From Chrysomallon squamiferum (taxonomy: Eukaryota; Animalia; Mollusca), in assembly GCA_012295275.1 (NCBI GenBank), contig CM022665.1, forward strand, positions 44,454,001-44,518,000: a stretch of DNA of 64,000 bases, in the 5' to 3' direction. The position numbers and the translations under genes are program-made. The notes beneath the pieces were generated by a model that had not been told where the DNA came from, searched no databases, and saw nothing but the letters and a program-made list of their open reading frames with translations. This document shows, one piece after another, positions 1-14,402 of the stretch; within the stretch, counting starts at the first letter, position 1; the number at the start of each line of letters is the position of its first letter.

Positions 1-136
1 TGGTTTTATTACTTGTTATCACGGAAGCAATTTATACATTACGCATTAGCGAGCTCATCTGAAGAACAATCCTCAGCTGTACATTATATCCCATTCCAAA
101 CAGAAACACTCCATGACAAATTAGACAGTTCGGACG

Positions 137-185
137 TGTATATACATACATAGACATACACATAGACATATACATACACATATAC

Positions 186-228
<43 letters not shown>

Positions 229-464
229 TACATATACATAGACATACACATATATATACACAAACACATATACATATACATACATATCTATATATATCTA
301 GCTATATATATATATACACATATATACAAACATTTATATACATACAGAAACACACATATAAACATATATATATATATGTGTATGTATCTATATATATACA
401 CACAAACATTTACATATATATATACAAACACATATATCTATATATATATACATGATATCTATTT

Positions 465-498
<34 letters not shown>

Positions 499-650
499 TA
501 TATATATACAAACACATATATCTATATATATATACATGCATCTATGTTTATATATATATATTCACACACACACATATATATACATACATCTATCTATCTA
601 TATATATATACACACACACACACACACATATATTTATATATATATATATA
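137..650. repeat. Compound TA/CA/TATACA microsatellite tract
   Basis: Direct: (TACACA)n, (TA)n and (CA)n runs. These explain the low-complexity ORFs at 32-760. Confidence 0.95.
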
Positions 651-659
651 AAATAGATA

Positions 660-812
660 CTTTACAACCGTGGGTAAAAACTGCCTGTAGAATTCTAGCA
701 GCAGGCAGCCTCTTTCACAGTTACTCACTTTTACATAAGAACTACGCAACTGAAATATAAATACCGTTTACACTAAAACGCGTTGAGTTGTTGTTAAACA
801 TCTTTTCATTTC
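660..812 (+). mobile_element. Degenerate SINE-like 3' remnant
   Basis: Ends AAAACGCGTTGAGTTGTTGTTAAACATCTTTTCATT, similar to 1883-1925 (AAAACGTGTTGAAATATCGTTAGACAAATTTTCATT) and 52005-52047. Resembles, from recall, the tail of tRNA-derived gastropod SINEs. Confidence 0.45.
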
Positions 813-1417
813 GTATCGGTGCAGCAAACAGATGCATTGTGTATTTTGACTTGCAAGCAAGCTTCAGAAAATTACTTTTTCAAGATAATTTACACGATTT
901 TTCTTGCTGTTTATGATCTACGGCTTGTTAGAACAGGTTTTTCTGAGTATTTTGCTTCCATTTGTCGTCATAATGTTTGTTATATATTTTTTACTTTTTT
1001 ATTTATTTATTTATTTTTTATTTTTGTTTTTGTTTTTATTTTTTTAACTTTTTTATTTTTATTTTTAATTTTTTATTTTTTATTTAAAATTTCTTTTTTT
1101 AATTTTTTTTTATTTTTATTTATTTATTTATTTATTTATTTATTTTTTTTTTTTTTTTTTAGTGTAGCTATTTCAACTGCGTGGGCTGGTGTCATGGACA
1201 AACACAAGTACTTACACCTTGAATATTGACTGATTTATTTATTTGTTTGTTTTGCCCTGCGTTATCAAGTGCAGAAATTTACTTCGCATGTTTTCGTCAT
1301 AAAAAAAAAAAAAAAAAAAAAATGGCATAGTTTAATTACGTTTTACACATAAAACAGCACATAAAGAATGAATGCATATTTACGTCACCCACGGTGTTGT
1401 TAGCATGGTGATGTATA

Positions 1418-1600
1418 TTATTACTGTCGTTGCTGCTGTTGTTGTTATTACTGTGGTAGCTGCTGCTGTTGCTGTTGTTGTTGTTGCAGTTGTTCTTATC
1501 GTTTCTGCTTTTGCTGCTGTTGTTGCTGTTTCTGTTGCTGTTGCTGTTCTTCTTGTTGTTGTTCCTGTTGTTGTTTTTGCTGTTGCCGGTGGTGTTATAT
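1418..1600. repeat. (GTT/GCT)n trinucleotide microsatellite
   Basis: Direct. Source of the poly-Val/Ala and poly-Thr ORFs. Confidence 0.9.
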
Positions 1601-1759
1601 ATATATATATTATTTTAAATAGTCTAAATTCCAGGTTAGATAATAGCAAGTATACGCATAAAGTTAAACGTGACTTCAAGTGGCCTCTCAGTTTGTCTCA
1701 GTGATATCCATGTCACCCAGTCTTTACATAGTCAGCCATTTTCTACACAGACATTGATA

Positions 1760-1927
1760 CTGGTTACAGATAAAACCTGACGCACGATGACTGGCGGGAT
1801 CAATCCGTGTCACTGAAACTGTTAGGTCTGGAGTTATCATTACTTAGATTCAGATATTTGCCGTCATACGACTGTTAATAACAAAACGTGTTGAAATATC
1901 GTTAGACAAATTTTCATTTATTCATTC
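1760..1927 (+). mobile_element. Degenerate SINE-like 3' remnant
   Basis: Tail AAAACGTGTTGAAATATCGTTAGACAAATTTTCATTTATTCATTC matches the other remnants in the window. 5' boundary approximate. Confidence 0.4.
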
Positions 1928-2607
1928 CTGAACACCTACAGCCTCCCATACCTTAGTGATTCTTCGTGTTTCTTTGTATATCTTCGTGTTTCTTCGTGTT
2001 TCTATTCAGTTCTAGCCAGTGATAAACCAATACTTTCAAATAATTTTTTTTTTCTTTTTTCTTTTCCTTTTTCTTACTTTTCTTTCTAACTTTTCTCCTT
2101 TTTTTTTCTCAAAATTTTAGTGTATTTCTTAACCTTTTAATATATATACATCAGTGAAATACTGTATGAAATTTGTGTACACGAACAAATATTTTGCTAC
2201 TGGGTAATCGTGTAATTTAGATTATGCAAACAGATGGGGTCCGTATTTTATACCTGACCCGCGTTTCCAGCATCAAACATTATTGAAATGTTTGTGTTAG
2301 TGTAAACAGTTAGCTCCCCGAACCTATCTCTCGTTGTATTTATGTGTAGTGTAAACAACACTGTTTTGTTTATACTACTTTCTCAGTATGTTTTACTAGT
2401 AAATAAAACTTTATAATATATATCAGATTTTTTTTTGCTAAAGGTTAAATAATTTCTTGAGGTGAAAAAAAAAAATAATAAAATAAAATATATCGGACGA
2501 AGTTTGCGTTTCACATAGTCAGCAGCGTAAAAATATGAGAATCTAAATATGATTTAGTTATGGATAAATATACTAGGTGATTATTGTTAGTCTCATATGA
2601 AATAATG

Positions 2608-2614
2608 TTCTCTC

Positions 2615-2668
<54 letters not shown>

Positions 2669-2857
2669 TGTCTGACTCTGTCTCTCACTTTCTCTGTCTC
2701 ACTCTCTCTCTCTTTTACACTGTCTCTCTCTTGTGTCTCTGTTTTTCTCGCAATCTCTCTCTCTCTCTCTGACTATTTCTTTCTCTGACTCACTGTCTCT
2801 CTCTCTCTTTTACACTGTCTCTCTCTTGTGTCTCTGTTTTTCGCGCAGTCTCTCTGT

Positions 2858-2931
<74 letters not shown>

Positions 2932-2955
2932 GTCTGTCTTTCTCTGTTTCTCTCG
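2608..2955. repeat. (CT)n microsatellite with an internal duplicated segment
   Basis: Long CT runs. TCTCTTTTACACTGTCTCTCTCTTGTGTCTCTGTTTT occurs twice (~2708 and ~2803). Confidence 0.9.
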
Positions 2956-3194
2956 TTATCTATCTGTCCATCTGTAGGTTTGAAACTCTTTGTTTGTTCC
3001 TTTTTCTAATTTTTCCTCAACGCCAGACGGAGATACACCAGGAATACTATTCCAAAAGCAATTACTGGTAGTTGCCATGAATCTGCAAAAAAATATATAC
3101 GTGTCTGCAAAATGTGATAAGAAAGAAAATCACCCCAAGACCAGCACCACTCATCAGTAGAAATCTTCTAATGTCTGTAGAATTCTCTTTCTCA

Positions 3195-3382
3195 GGTTTC
3201 GGGATCTATTCTCATGGGTGCGCTCTTTGTCCTATTTCCCACTGCAGTCAGTGCCCCAGCAATGTTTTACTCAAAGATCGTGATAGGTTAAATCCGTGTA
3301 AATCTGAAGTACAGGTGAAACAGCTGCTAATCATTAAAAGGTAGACTTTGAAGTGTATCTGGTTTCCTCTTAAAAAAAAAAA

Positions 3383-3421
<39 letters not shown>

Positions 3422-3800
3422 TTTAAAAAAAAATAGTAATAATAAAAAAATAAAAAATAAAGTATAATAAAATAAATAAATAAATAAATAAATAAAATAA
3501 AATAAAATAAAATATAATATAATATAATATAATATAATATAATATAATATAATATAACATAACATAACATAATATAATATAGCAGTAGTAATAGTAGTAA
3601 CTGTCGTTGTAGCAGTAGTAGTAATAATAGTAGTAACTGTCGTAATAGCAGTAGTAGTAGTAGGAATAGTAGTAGTAGTAGTAATAGTAGTAACTGTCGT
3701 AGTAGTAGTAGTAGTAGTAATAGCAATAGTAGTAAAAATTAAACAAAGCAAATATTAACGTTTGACATCTGACAACACATTAACTTAAAAATGAGTTACG
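3195..3800 (+). mobile_element. Degenerate SINE interrupted by a compound microsatellite (3372-3735)
   Basis: Body motifs CTATTTCCCACTGCAGTCAGTGCCCCAG...CAAAGATCGTGATAGG...GCTGCTAATC...GGTTTCCTCT, then after the repeat AACGTTTGACATCTGACAAC. Motif order resembles recalled gastropod SINE consensus. Confidence 0.5.
3372..3735. repeat. Compound (AAT)/(AAAT)/(AATAT)/(AGT) microsatellite
   Basis: Direct. Confidence 0.95.
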
Positions 3801-4226
3801 ATATTGAGAGACATTCTTTGACTGACACTTTCGTTCTGTCAAAACTTATCTCGACATCTGCGTCCACGACAGGCGTGCTTGAACAGTTATTTTCAGGAAA
3901 CACTGCAGAAAATGACTTTTGCTGCTTTGTTTCTGTGTGAATTCCTGCGATGACCTATTAACAGCATTTCCTTTACTTTGATTTATTGTGCAAGGTAGAT
4001 ATATATACCAACCATACCTGTCTGAAACTAATTACCACTCGAAAACGTCTTACTTACCTGACTGAGATATGCAGGCAGAAAGTAAATGTGACTGACCTAC
4101 CTTTTCATCCAAAAATGATATATTTTTCAGTAGCATATATATTTTTTTTTTTTTTTTTTCATTTCTTCTTCTTCTTCTTCTTCTTCTTCTTCTTCTGATT
4201 ATTATTATTATTATTAATTTTAATAA

Positions 4227-4278
<52 letters not shown>

Positions 4279-4489
4279 CTTTTTAATCTTGCATATTTAT
4301 TTTATTTTATTTTATTTAAATATTAAATCAGTTTAATTACTGGAAGAAACAAAATATTAAGTATTTTAGTAAATGTACTCTTTATACATACGTCAATACG
4401 TATGTATGTGTATGTTATTTAGGTAAATAAATATATAATTATGTGTATATGTTATGTGTGTGTGTGTGTGTTTAAGTGTGTGTGCGTGC

Positions 4490-4530
<41 letters not shown>

Positions 4531-5190
4531 TGCGTGCATATGATTTGTTGTGGGTTGTTTTGTATGTTTCCTTTTCTTTATTTCTTTTGCCATCGTTGAT
4601 GATTTAAAATAATAAAATAACCGAACAAAGAATACATTTTCTATTAAAAATACTGCCCTGGTTGCTATTTTCTTCTTCTTTTTTTTTTATATCTCCTGAA
4701 GTCAGACAACTTTTGTTCTGTTCAGACAACTACAACAACAAAGAATCATTTAAATAAATTCTTAAAGCTCTCCGGCCGAATTAAATGAGCAAAAATGTTG
4801 AAATTTAAACTTTTAAATCACTCGACATTTTCTTTTTATTAACAATGTCTGTGATATTTATACTTGGCGTGAAGTTTATGACTAAACATTCCTGGCGGTT
4901 TCCTTGGTTACGTTTGAAATTCGACCTTAATATTCAAGCTTTTAAAAATTCGTAACACATGTACAGATTGTTTGTCGCGCAACAACGAGGAATCAGGAAA
5001 CATTAAATAGATGATATACGAGCTAGGAATTGTTGTGGGCTTGCTTGTATTACTGCGGCCTGCTGCTCCGAGTCGAGATTTAGGTGCAAAAGAAAAACGA
5101 AACGAAATTTAAGAAAGACGTAGTAGAGGCAGAGAGAATCTGTTTCTTTATTTTTCTAATAAATGATGAGAGAGAGAAAAAGGCGGAGAT

Positions 5191-5192
<2 letters not shown>

Positions 5193-5261
<69 letters not shown>
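5193..5261. repeat. (AG)n microsatellite
   Basis: Direct. Similar AG/CT arrays at ~9873-9928, 15619-15680, 16556-16620, 18602-18682 and 53897-53961. Confidence 0.95.
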
Positions 5262-5266
<5 letters not shown>

Positions 5267-6111
5267 ACCATAAGAATTAACGATTAAAGTTTATTTTAAT
5301 TTGTTTTTGTTTTATTTGTTTATTTGTTGTTATTATTAGTAGTAGTAATAGTGGTGATAGTAGTAGTAGTAGTAGCTGTTGTTGTTGTCTATGTTATAGA
5401 GAGAAGACTGTATGTAAGAGATATCCTGAGAGACAAATGATAAACGGAGAGATTCATGGTTTGATAGACAAAAAGAAACAGAGAGAAACATACGAACAGA
5501 TGGACAGTCAAACAGATGCTATATAAATAGAAAGAAACAAAACAGACATAGCTTAGTATAACTTCAAGACATTTTAATATAAACGGTTACTAGGCGACGA
5601 TATTAATTCTGCTTAACAATGATACTAGGGACGATTGATCTATCAGTTATCATGACCATGTTAGGCGTGCAGTGAAATATAATAATACTGCTTAATGTTC
5701 CTATTAAACTATTTATTAACATACCGATAAATCCTATATTTAAGGACCTGTTGAAATAAAAAAAAGACTGAATTTCAAAGCACGGCTATCGAAAACTTTG
5801 CCACTATCAAAAACCGGTTTGCACGAACGCCATATTGTCAGTTAGTTAATGAAAAGTTACAAGAAAACTGTTTTATCACAAAATGCGTCCCACCAATAAA
5901 TCAATAAGTAAGTCAATCGGACTATAATACATATTTACAGCTATGAAAGCAAGCTGTATGTATTACTGCTCTCGAGTAAACCAGTTTTGTTACTTTTATA
6001 CGCCTAATAAACTCACTGGCGTGCGCTGAGATTCAAGGTCATTAACGTTTTATGACGTCTGCTATAAAGACTGTTAAAGACAAGCAGTCGTGTATTCTGA
6101 GCACTTCACGA

Positions 6112-6232
6112 AAAGCAATATACTCGTAATGTTTAAAGACAGTCACACATTTAATATAAAAGCAATATGCAATCAGAATGTTTAAAGGGAGTCACTGATT
6201 TATATAAAAGCAATAAACTGTATCGGAATATT
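6112..6232. repeat. ~48-bp degenerate tandem repeat, about 2.5-3 copies
   Basis: AAAAGCAATA...AATGTTTAAAG..AGTCAC recurs at ~48-bp spacing. Confidence 0.7.
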
Positions 6233-6339
6233 ATAACGACGAAAATATGTAGTATATATGTCTGTCTTTAAGTCAGACATTGTAGCCATGAAAGGCATGC
6301 TTTTACAATTACGAGATTATATAACAGTTTATGTCATAT

Positions 6340-6420
6340 AACCATGTCGTTATATTGTGGGTTACTCTTACTGAATCTACGTATCGAGAAAAACACATAC
6401 CACAACCTTTAATAATTACC
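6340..6420 (-). mobile_element. Short SINE-like remnant, reverse orientation
   Basis: GGGTTACTCTT and ACATACCACAACCTTTAATA resemble the reverse-strand SINE core, from recall. Confidence 0.35.
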
Positions 6421-8451
6421 TAACCTCATATATATTAAAGGCAGCCTGTCTAAAAATAATTTAATGAAAAAAAAAAAAAAAAAAATAAAGACGAAAAGAA
6501 ATATAGGCAGTCTATATATAAAAAGAGTCAATCAGTGTAAAAGTATTTTAAAATCAGCACAATTTATATGTTAACATACACACATAAAAAGTTTTTAAAG
6601 GCAAGTAATCAATATATAATTAATTATATGACAGATATTTACTTTAAAAAAAAATTGTATTAAGTTAGGTTATCTTTTTTATGGCTCTTCAGTGTTTTTA
6701 TTTCAAATATAAAGAGCAAAAACGTTGTATTAAGTATCTGACACAAATTTCAAAATTGACGTCCAAAAATAAAATATTTTAAAGACAGATGATCTGTTTT
6801 TGAACTATACGCTTCTAACGTTAATAACAATAATGACAATAAAAATTAAGAAATTTCAAAATTAACTAATGTATTGTTAGTAAACAAAACAAATTAACAG
6901 CTTCCATAAACATTCGTGGAAACACAAAAAATAAAAATAATAATAATAATGATAATAATAGAATATTTGATCCGTAACAAGAACTCTTCATGAAGAGACC
7001 AAAAATATCTTACAGGATTTATTTATAACTAAAACATTCAATAAAACTCATCATATAATAATAAAAATAAAATAATATTTTTTTTTACGCAAGATGAATT
7101 TTGGTTTTCAATACTTTTATGGATTCGCATATTGCAATGTCCATCTATTTTACGAATTGTTTTATTTAATTTCTTTCTTTTTTTTTTGTTGTTGTTTTGG
7201 TTTTTCTTTCCACTCGGGCTGTTGGCTGATTTAATCAACACACGTGATTTTGTTGTGGCGTTTCCCTCACTCGTCACAAAATGACAAACCAGACATCCAC
7301 CTATACGTCATCAACTTCTCCGTCAACAGTTTAACAGGAGATATGTGTTTTTGTCTGCATGTTTGATGACTGATTCTGTCAAACCTCCATCTATATCAGA
7401 ACAAATGTTCCTATGTAATTCTGACAGTTTAGCATTATTGCACTAATAATATCTGAGTTTTGTTGTTATTATTATTATTATTTTTTTTTTTAACCTGAAT
7501 ATATCGGTGAATGTTTGTTTAATGTTATGGCTGTATAAATACCGCGTTAGTGTGAATGTATTATGATTATACGAATTTTTGTGCAGTTAATACGTACGTA
7601 TTTACACATACTTACGTACTTAAACATACATATACATATGTAAATACATATATATATATACATATATACATACATATATATATATATACACTTACAAATA
7701 ATTAAACATCTTTACTTACATACGACCAATGCACACACATGTACACACATACAGAAATACAAATACGTACACATCACACACACATACACATATATAACAA
7801 AAACACTTGCACATATACATACATATATTTTTGTTATTTAAGAAAAATCATGAAAGGTCTATAATATAATACTATTACGTAAAGCATCTGAGTTAAAACA
7901 AAATAACCAAAATATTTAATATGTTTCCCAAATCTGTTATTTAATAACCAAAATGTGCTGAAATTTAACTGAAAAACACGCACTGTCCCTATATATATAT
8001 GTATGTATGTATATATATATATATATATATATATAATGTATATTTGTAACGTAGTATTTGTTAATGGCGGTTAGACTGTCATATCTTAGGGTCTTTCCGT
8101 ATCTATTCCGTCCGTGTGTCAAATGTATTTCCTTGTTTTCCTGCCGTGTAACCTGCTCAGTGAGTATTCACTACTAAATAACAAAAATAACTGCAACATG
8201 ATCCATTCGAGTTTCTTGTTCGTATGCCAGGACCGGAAGTGAATTTCATAAAGTCTGTGTGTGCGTGTGTGTGGAGGGCGTTAATTTAGAGTTTTTTTTT
8301 TTTTTTTTTCAAGATAAAAATGAATTTAATTGCTAAAAATAAATAAATAAAAATAAATAAATAAACTAAAATAAATATATAATTAAAACAGTAAATGAAC
8401 AATAATAATAAAACGATAATGATAATGGTGATGTTAATGATGATGATGATA

Positions 8452-8522
<71 letters not shown>

Positions 8523-9860
8523 CAGCAGTGAAGGATTCAACCACTCTGTAAATCTGTCACTCAAGAAATAATTTAGTGATAAACTAAAAAAAAAATAATA
8601 TGATAAATTTATTCTAATTGCTATTATAAATTGCAATAGAGTAACTTAATTATTTTGATATTAAAAAATAATATAGATAATAAATCGTTAAATAAATAAA
8701 TTAATATGGTCAGTTAACATTTAAAGTCTTAAAAGAGTCTGACATTTAAACCAGTAAGATATTTGATATTTATTTCATTATTTATTTTTTATTTTTTTAT
8801 TTTTTTCCCCCATGTTATTCGATACAACGCTAAACCCAGCACAGTTATATTAGGAACACGCATGCGTATCAAATAACAATTATTATTTCCTGTAAACAAC
8901 TTTTTCTTTATTCTTTTATACTCTCTTTCTTAATATAGAAACGCTCAGCTAAGTTAAAGAATAGTCTTCTTATCGTTTTCTTTTCTTTCTTTCTTCTTTA
9001 CAAACAGATGTTCGCGTGTTAAACAGTTCAGACTGCGGAAGCCACATATAAAACGCCAGGTTCGTGACGTAACCAGATGTTATTAACCAACATTTCTGCA
9101 TTTGTTACGCCGTAGCTTTGTCATCGTCAGAAAACGCAGACGTTATTCATAGGGCGGCGGTCGACTTAAGAATTCAGGTGAATCAATCTAATCAATCCTC
9201 TTTTGTACGTATCAGAATATTAACTCTTTTTTTTTTTTGCCCCTCATAGGCCCGCCTGGTTTCAAAAGAAGGAAGGTGTGTTTAATAGCCATTTGAAGAA
9301 AGACCAAAGATAACGGAAATAGAAATCCGTTCATTTTGATGATTTAGTAAATAAGACGGAATTAGATGTTACAAAAAAAAAAAAAAAAAAATGTGCAAAT
9401 AAGATGGAAGAAATTACGAAAAGGTTTTCGGGTGATAATAGTTACCTGGTGCATATACATACGAGAGTGAGAGGAAGAGATATGAATAGATAGCAAGACA
9501 CGCACGCAAGACAGAGAGAGAGACAGAGACAGACTCACACACAGATAGGACGAACAAAATGAATAAAAACTTTTACAGTGAACTATTTGAATAAATAAAC
9601 CTGAAAAATTAAAAAATAAAAATATCAGTTTTACTTCTACCTATGACTATACCTACACTTGTTACAATGACTTGTAGTTTTCAGTAAGTATAATAATAAA
9701 CCGACAATCTTACAATAAAAGAGAAACAGAGTCTAATAGTATGGTTGTCTTATATCAATTGTAGGAATCAGTATCACATTATTTTCACGGAACCGAAACA
9801 ACAAAATAATATGGTTCTGTGATATATCAACACTGATGCGCTCATCGAAATATTTTGAGA

Positions 9861-9931
<71 letters not shown>

Positions 9932-10520
9932 GTATACAAGTATGATCATTTTTCTTTATTCTTTCTTTCTTTCCTTCTTTAATTATTTATTTTTATTTTA
10001 TTTATTTATTTATTTATTTATTTTATTATTATTATTCTAAATATATATGAATATATGAGAATGAATATGTGAATATAACAGTAACCACTGTAGTGAAAAT
10101 ACAAATATTTATTTTTTCATTTGCAAACAAGTATCATAACAAATTACTTCATCTGTTAATTCAATTTGCAGTTCGATATTCCATTATCTTAAGATTTAAA
10201 GACCCGTTTTGGTCTTATAGTTCGGAAATGGCGTTATCGAGACTAGAAACACGAACGAGAAGAAGAGAAATTTAAACAAACAAAAACAAACGCTTGGGCT
10301 TTTGTCTGTTATCAGAGTCTGCTTGGATGCAGCTCGTGCAAAACTCGAACGCGATAACAGCGTTCATTGTGATCGAGTGGTTCGAGGAATTTCTGTCTTC
10401 TTTTGTCAATCGTTATCATCATTACAGGTTTTGTTATCTCTAACCGACTTCACGTCTTTCAATGGTGTGTTTTCGTTCCCGACATATTTTCGCGTAAAAC
10501 TGCAAAGACAGACAGACACT

Positions 10521-10582
<62 letters not shown>

Positions 10583-10784
10583 CTATGGATTATGACTTAG
10601 TAGCATTAATGAAAATATCCTTGATGTGACCGAGTTAACTGAGGTTAGCAGGTTAGAAGGTTAGGGGAGAGTGAATGAAAAGAAGACGAACCGAATCTGT
10701 ATTAATCCCATCAGTTAACATATGAACACAACTATTTATATACATAAACTCTCACATTCATGTTGTGATATAGCCAACATTAGT

Positions 10785-11000
10785 GATGAATATTTGTTTA
10801 ACGATATTTCATGCATTTTGAAAGTAACTCTTTATTTGGTGTCGGAGATGGGCCTTATTTGTATAAAGATTTTTTGAAAAAAGAAAAGTATTCTATATTC
10901 AGTTTTTGTTCTCACACGTAACAAAATGTTAAAAACGGAAAAGAGAAAAATGGAGCAAGCAGTCTAACCACATGGCTACAACTCTTCTTCAGCATAAATT
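10785..11000 (-). mobile_element. SINE-like remnant, reverse orientation
   Basis: GAATATTTGTTTAACGATATTTCATGCATTTT is the reverse complement of the tail seen at 1883-1925. It is followed by TGGTGTCGGAGATGG and CCACATGGCTACAACTCTT. Confidence 0.45.
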
Positions 11001-13689
11001 TTCAATATTTTATTTCTTTTTGTTTGGATTGGTGCACCTGTACTGAATGATAAATCGATATGTTCATAAAAAAAAATGCAACTCATTATATTGTGATTAA
11101 AAAAATAATAATAAAAATTATTAAAAAAAAAAACTGAAGACATCCCATATGTATTAACTATGTTTAATCCAGTGAAATGTAAAAGAATAAAGAATATATA
11201 TATATATTTTTTTTATTATTATTTATTTATTTATTTGTAATTGTTTCACCTATATAAATCAGCCTAACATTTAAATAGTTGTCTTTTTTTTCTTTCTTTC
11301 TTTTCTTCTTTTTAATAAACGGATATAATAAACCTCACGGCATTAAATAAATACTAAGTAAATAATAAAATAAAGTAGTGTATTGTTTCAGTTATTTTTA
11401 ACAACAATATAAAGCATCACTCATCGCCATTATATGAGTCATCAGTTACACAATTTTTTAAAATGTCATTCATCACAAAGCTAAACAAAAAACCCACACT
11501 TAAATACCTCGCTACTCAGGCGGAGGTTGTTACGTCTTTTTGTAGCCATAATAGCAACACCCATTGATAATTAACACATTTTAACGCCTAATCCAATGAG
11601 GATGTTACGAGTATTGTGTCCCGTTTAAGTTTATTTTAGAGGTTTGTTATTATTCTCTTCTTTGCGGCTAAACAGGTAGTTTACGTTACCTTGAGCAGTT
11701 ACCAGTAGCACTTGCACGTCCGTTTGCCCGCCAAAACCAAAACCGGAAAAAAAAAAAAAAAAAAAAAAAAATCGTCGTCTGATTCACGGCTGTTCGTTGC
11801 TATGTAAACGGTTGAGTCATACGTGCTATGTTTCTGGCTGTTTACGTGGATTTTATTTTTTTATTTTTTTTTTTTTTTTTTTTCATCTTGTATTTAAGAT
11901 TTTATTTATTTATTTATTTATTTATTATTTTTTTTTTTTAAAATCGTCTACCTGATGATGTTTAAAAAAAAATTAATGGGAAGTTGTTTAAATTTTTGGA
12001 ATTTTTAATTTATTATTATTATTTTGTTTTTAATTTAATGTTTTTGTTTGTTTTAATATGAACCTTATGAATTAAAATCAGTGTATACTGAGTGAACTAC
12101 CTGAATGTACAGACGTTTTATTATTACTTTATTTCTATAATAGTAGTAGTTGTTGTTGTTGTTGTAGTAGTAATATATAATAATGATAATTAAAACCAAA
12201 AAACCCCAATAATCTTTAAAAAGAAAATGTCTTTTATAAAAATAATAATAATAATAATAATAACAAATAATAATAACAAAAGTGATAATAATAAATTCAT
12301 TCATATACATACTAATATCAACGAATAACTAGTAACCACCATAAATATATAATATTATTCATCAAAATATAAACAATATACGTTTAAACATTTGTCAGCA
12401 TTTTGGTGTTCATTATTCAGACCTACTCTTGTTGTAGACTGTTTTGGATCATATGACTTTAACATGGCGGCTATGTATAGCATCGAAAGATGGACGTCTT
12501 CCAAAAATCTGTCGCATATTAATTAAAGATGGTACATGAATCATATTAAATCTTTAATTTTATGCAGTAGGTACATCCAGTGGGGGGGGTCCAGTCGGTA
12601 CTTTGTTCCGGGGCTCAAGAGCTTAGAAGAGATCTACAGCAACCACGAGACATCCATCCCCCCCCCTACACTCGAGTACAAGCACTTTCTGCAACCCTCA
12701 GCCCGACATACATTTACATTCACATACACAAACGTCACTATACACCACACTTTCTTTTCTTTCTGTTAGAATTTTGAGAAAAATCTTTGCCCGTCTCGAT
12801 GACCCAAAACAGGGATGACCCTTGGGTACAGCAGTGTTACCATTAGTCCTGAAGTTTACCAATATAATATATTGTGTTATTTGGTGATACACACACACAC
12901 ACATTAACACAATTACATACATACAAAAATACACACATACAACACACAGCAGCAATGGGCTCTATGAAAATTTCTAATCCATATGTGCATTTTGATTTTG
13001 TTTATTATATATCAGTAACGCATTCTTCTCATTCTTCTGTAACGCACTGGGCTTTCATCAAACAAACTGTAATCCTACAGTTTATGATAATAACGTCACT
13101 GTCAGTGACTACTTTGGATTTCGGGTGTAAATTCCACAACAAAATAAACAAACAACCTCTATGGTAATTAGTTTTGTCAACATTGGCACACAATTTTGCA
13201 AGCACGATCACTTGTTAAACAAGAACGGCAATTTGCACGTCATTAGGGTACCACGTGAGATGAAATTTTTCGAAGGCTTAATAAATAATGATGCAATACT
13301 TCTTGTAATTATTATATGCAACTAACTGAAGAAGATTTTTTATTAGCGCGCGTTGCTACCAAAGTGATTTCACTCATTTAGATTTAGTGTCAAAAGCAGA
13401 AGTCTGCATAAATACGTATGGCGCACATTTTGCATCGTCTTATTGACTTTATCAAAATGGAAGAACGATCTCAAAAACGGAATAGAAGAGTTTTCATCAA
13501 ATCCACTCTGTAAACAGAACAGTTTAGCTATGCATGGTTTACGCTAGGCAAGAAAAATCACTTTTCCCTGTAGACACGTGGGTTTTGTAAAGGCGAAATG
13601 AGACGATACGATATAACCAAGCCATTGTCACACACAAAAAGTTAAACATCTACACCACAGCCGTAACTAGACTCTTTTTGAAATGAGGC

Positions 13690-14256
13690 AAAAAAACACT
13701 TAATCGCGTGAAAATTTGGGCGAAGGGTCTGGGGGCCGCCTAAGGCTCCCAAAGGCTCCGATTTGAAAGAATAGAGATTTATATTTTATATTTTTTTTAA
13801 ATAAAATGTTTGGTATTTAGAAAAATTCCAAAGGCATTTTCAAACGGTCACACCTGCATAATTGGTTTCTAATAAAACACGGCCTTTAAGAAAAATTATT
13901 TAACTAAAGGTTTTATTTCAAAGGTTTTACGATTACGTTTGTTTACGATTACTTGCAGCCTGCTTTCAAGAGTTTCGGACCTCTAATTATGTTGGTCTGT
14001 CAATTGTAATCTTTACTGTACATGATTCTGATTATGTACAGTCGGTTATCGTGTCCGTCTCAATTAATTTACGGCAATTGTACGGAACCTGCTTTTCGGC
14101 AGAGAGTAACATGCCGGCAAATTAAAAAAAATCTGAATGGATTCACGATGTACACAGTGACCGAAGGACCGGACCGAATTAGTCGTACCACTGACGTTCT
14201 TAAAATGATAAAACAAATTAAATCTGTTGCTGCAGACTAAAAAAAGAAGAAGAAAA

Positions 14257-14302
<46 letters not shown>

Positions 14303-14402
14303 CAATTTCATGTCATTTTAATCTTTATAAATCGGCACTGGGTCTAAAATGGAAAACCTTGTTGGTCCCAAACGAATCCGATTTTGACAGAGACCACGGT
14401 AT
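13690..14402. mobile_element. Possible non-autonomous DNA transposon (MITE) remnant
   Basis: GC-rich motif GGGTCTGGGGGCCGCCTAAGGCTCCC, an internal hairpin at 14015-14042, and a right end GGTCCCAAACGAATCCGATTTTGACAGAGACCACGGTA resembling a Tc1/pogo-type TIR ending at TA. No matching left TIR found. Confidence 0.3.
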
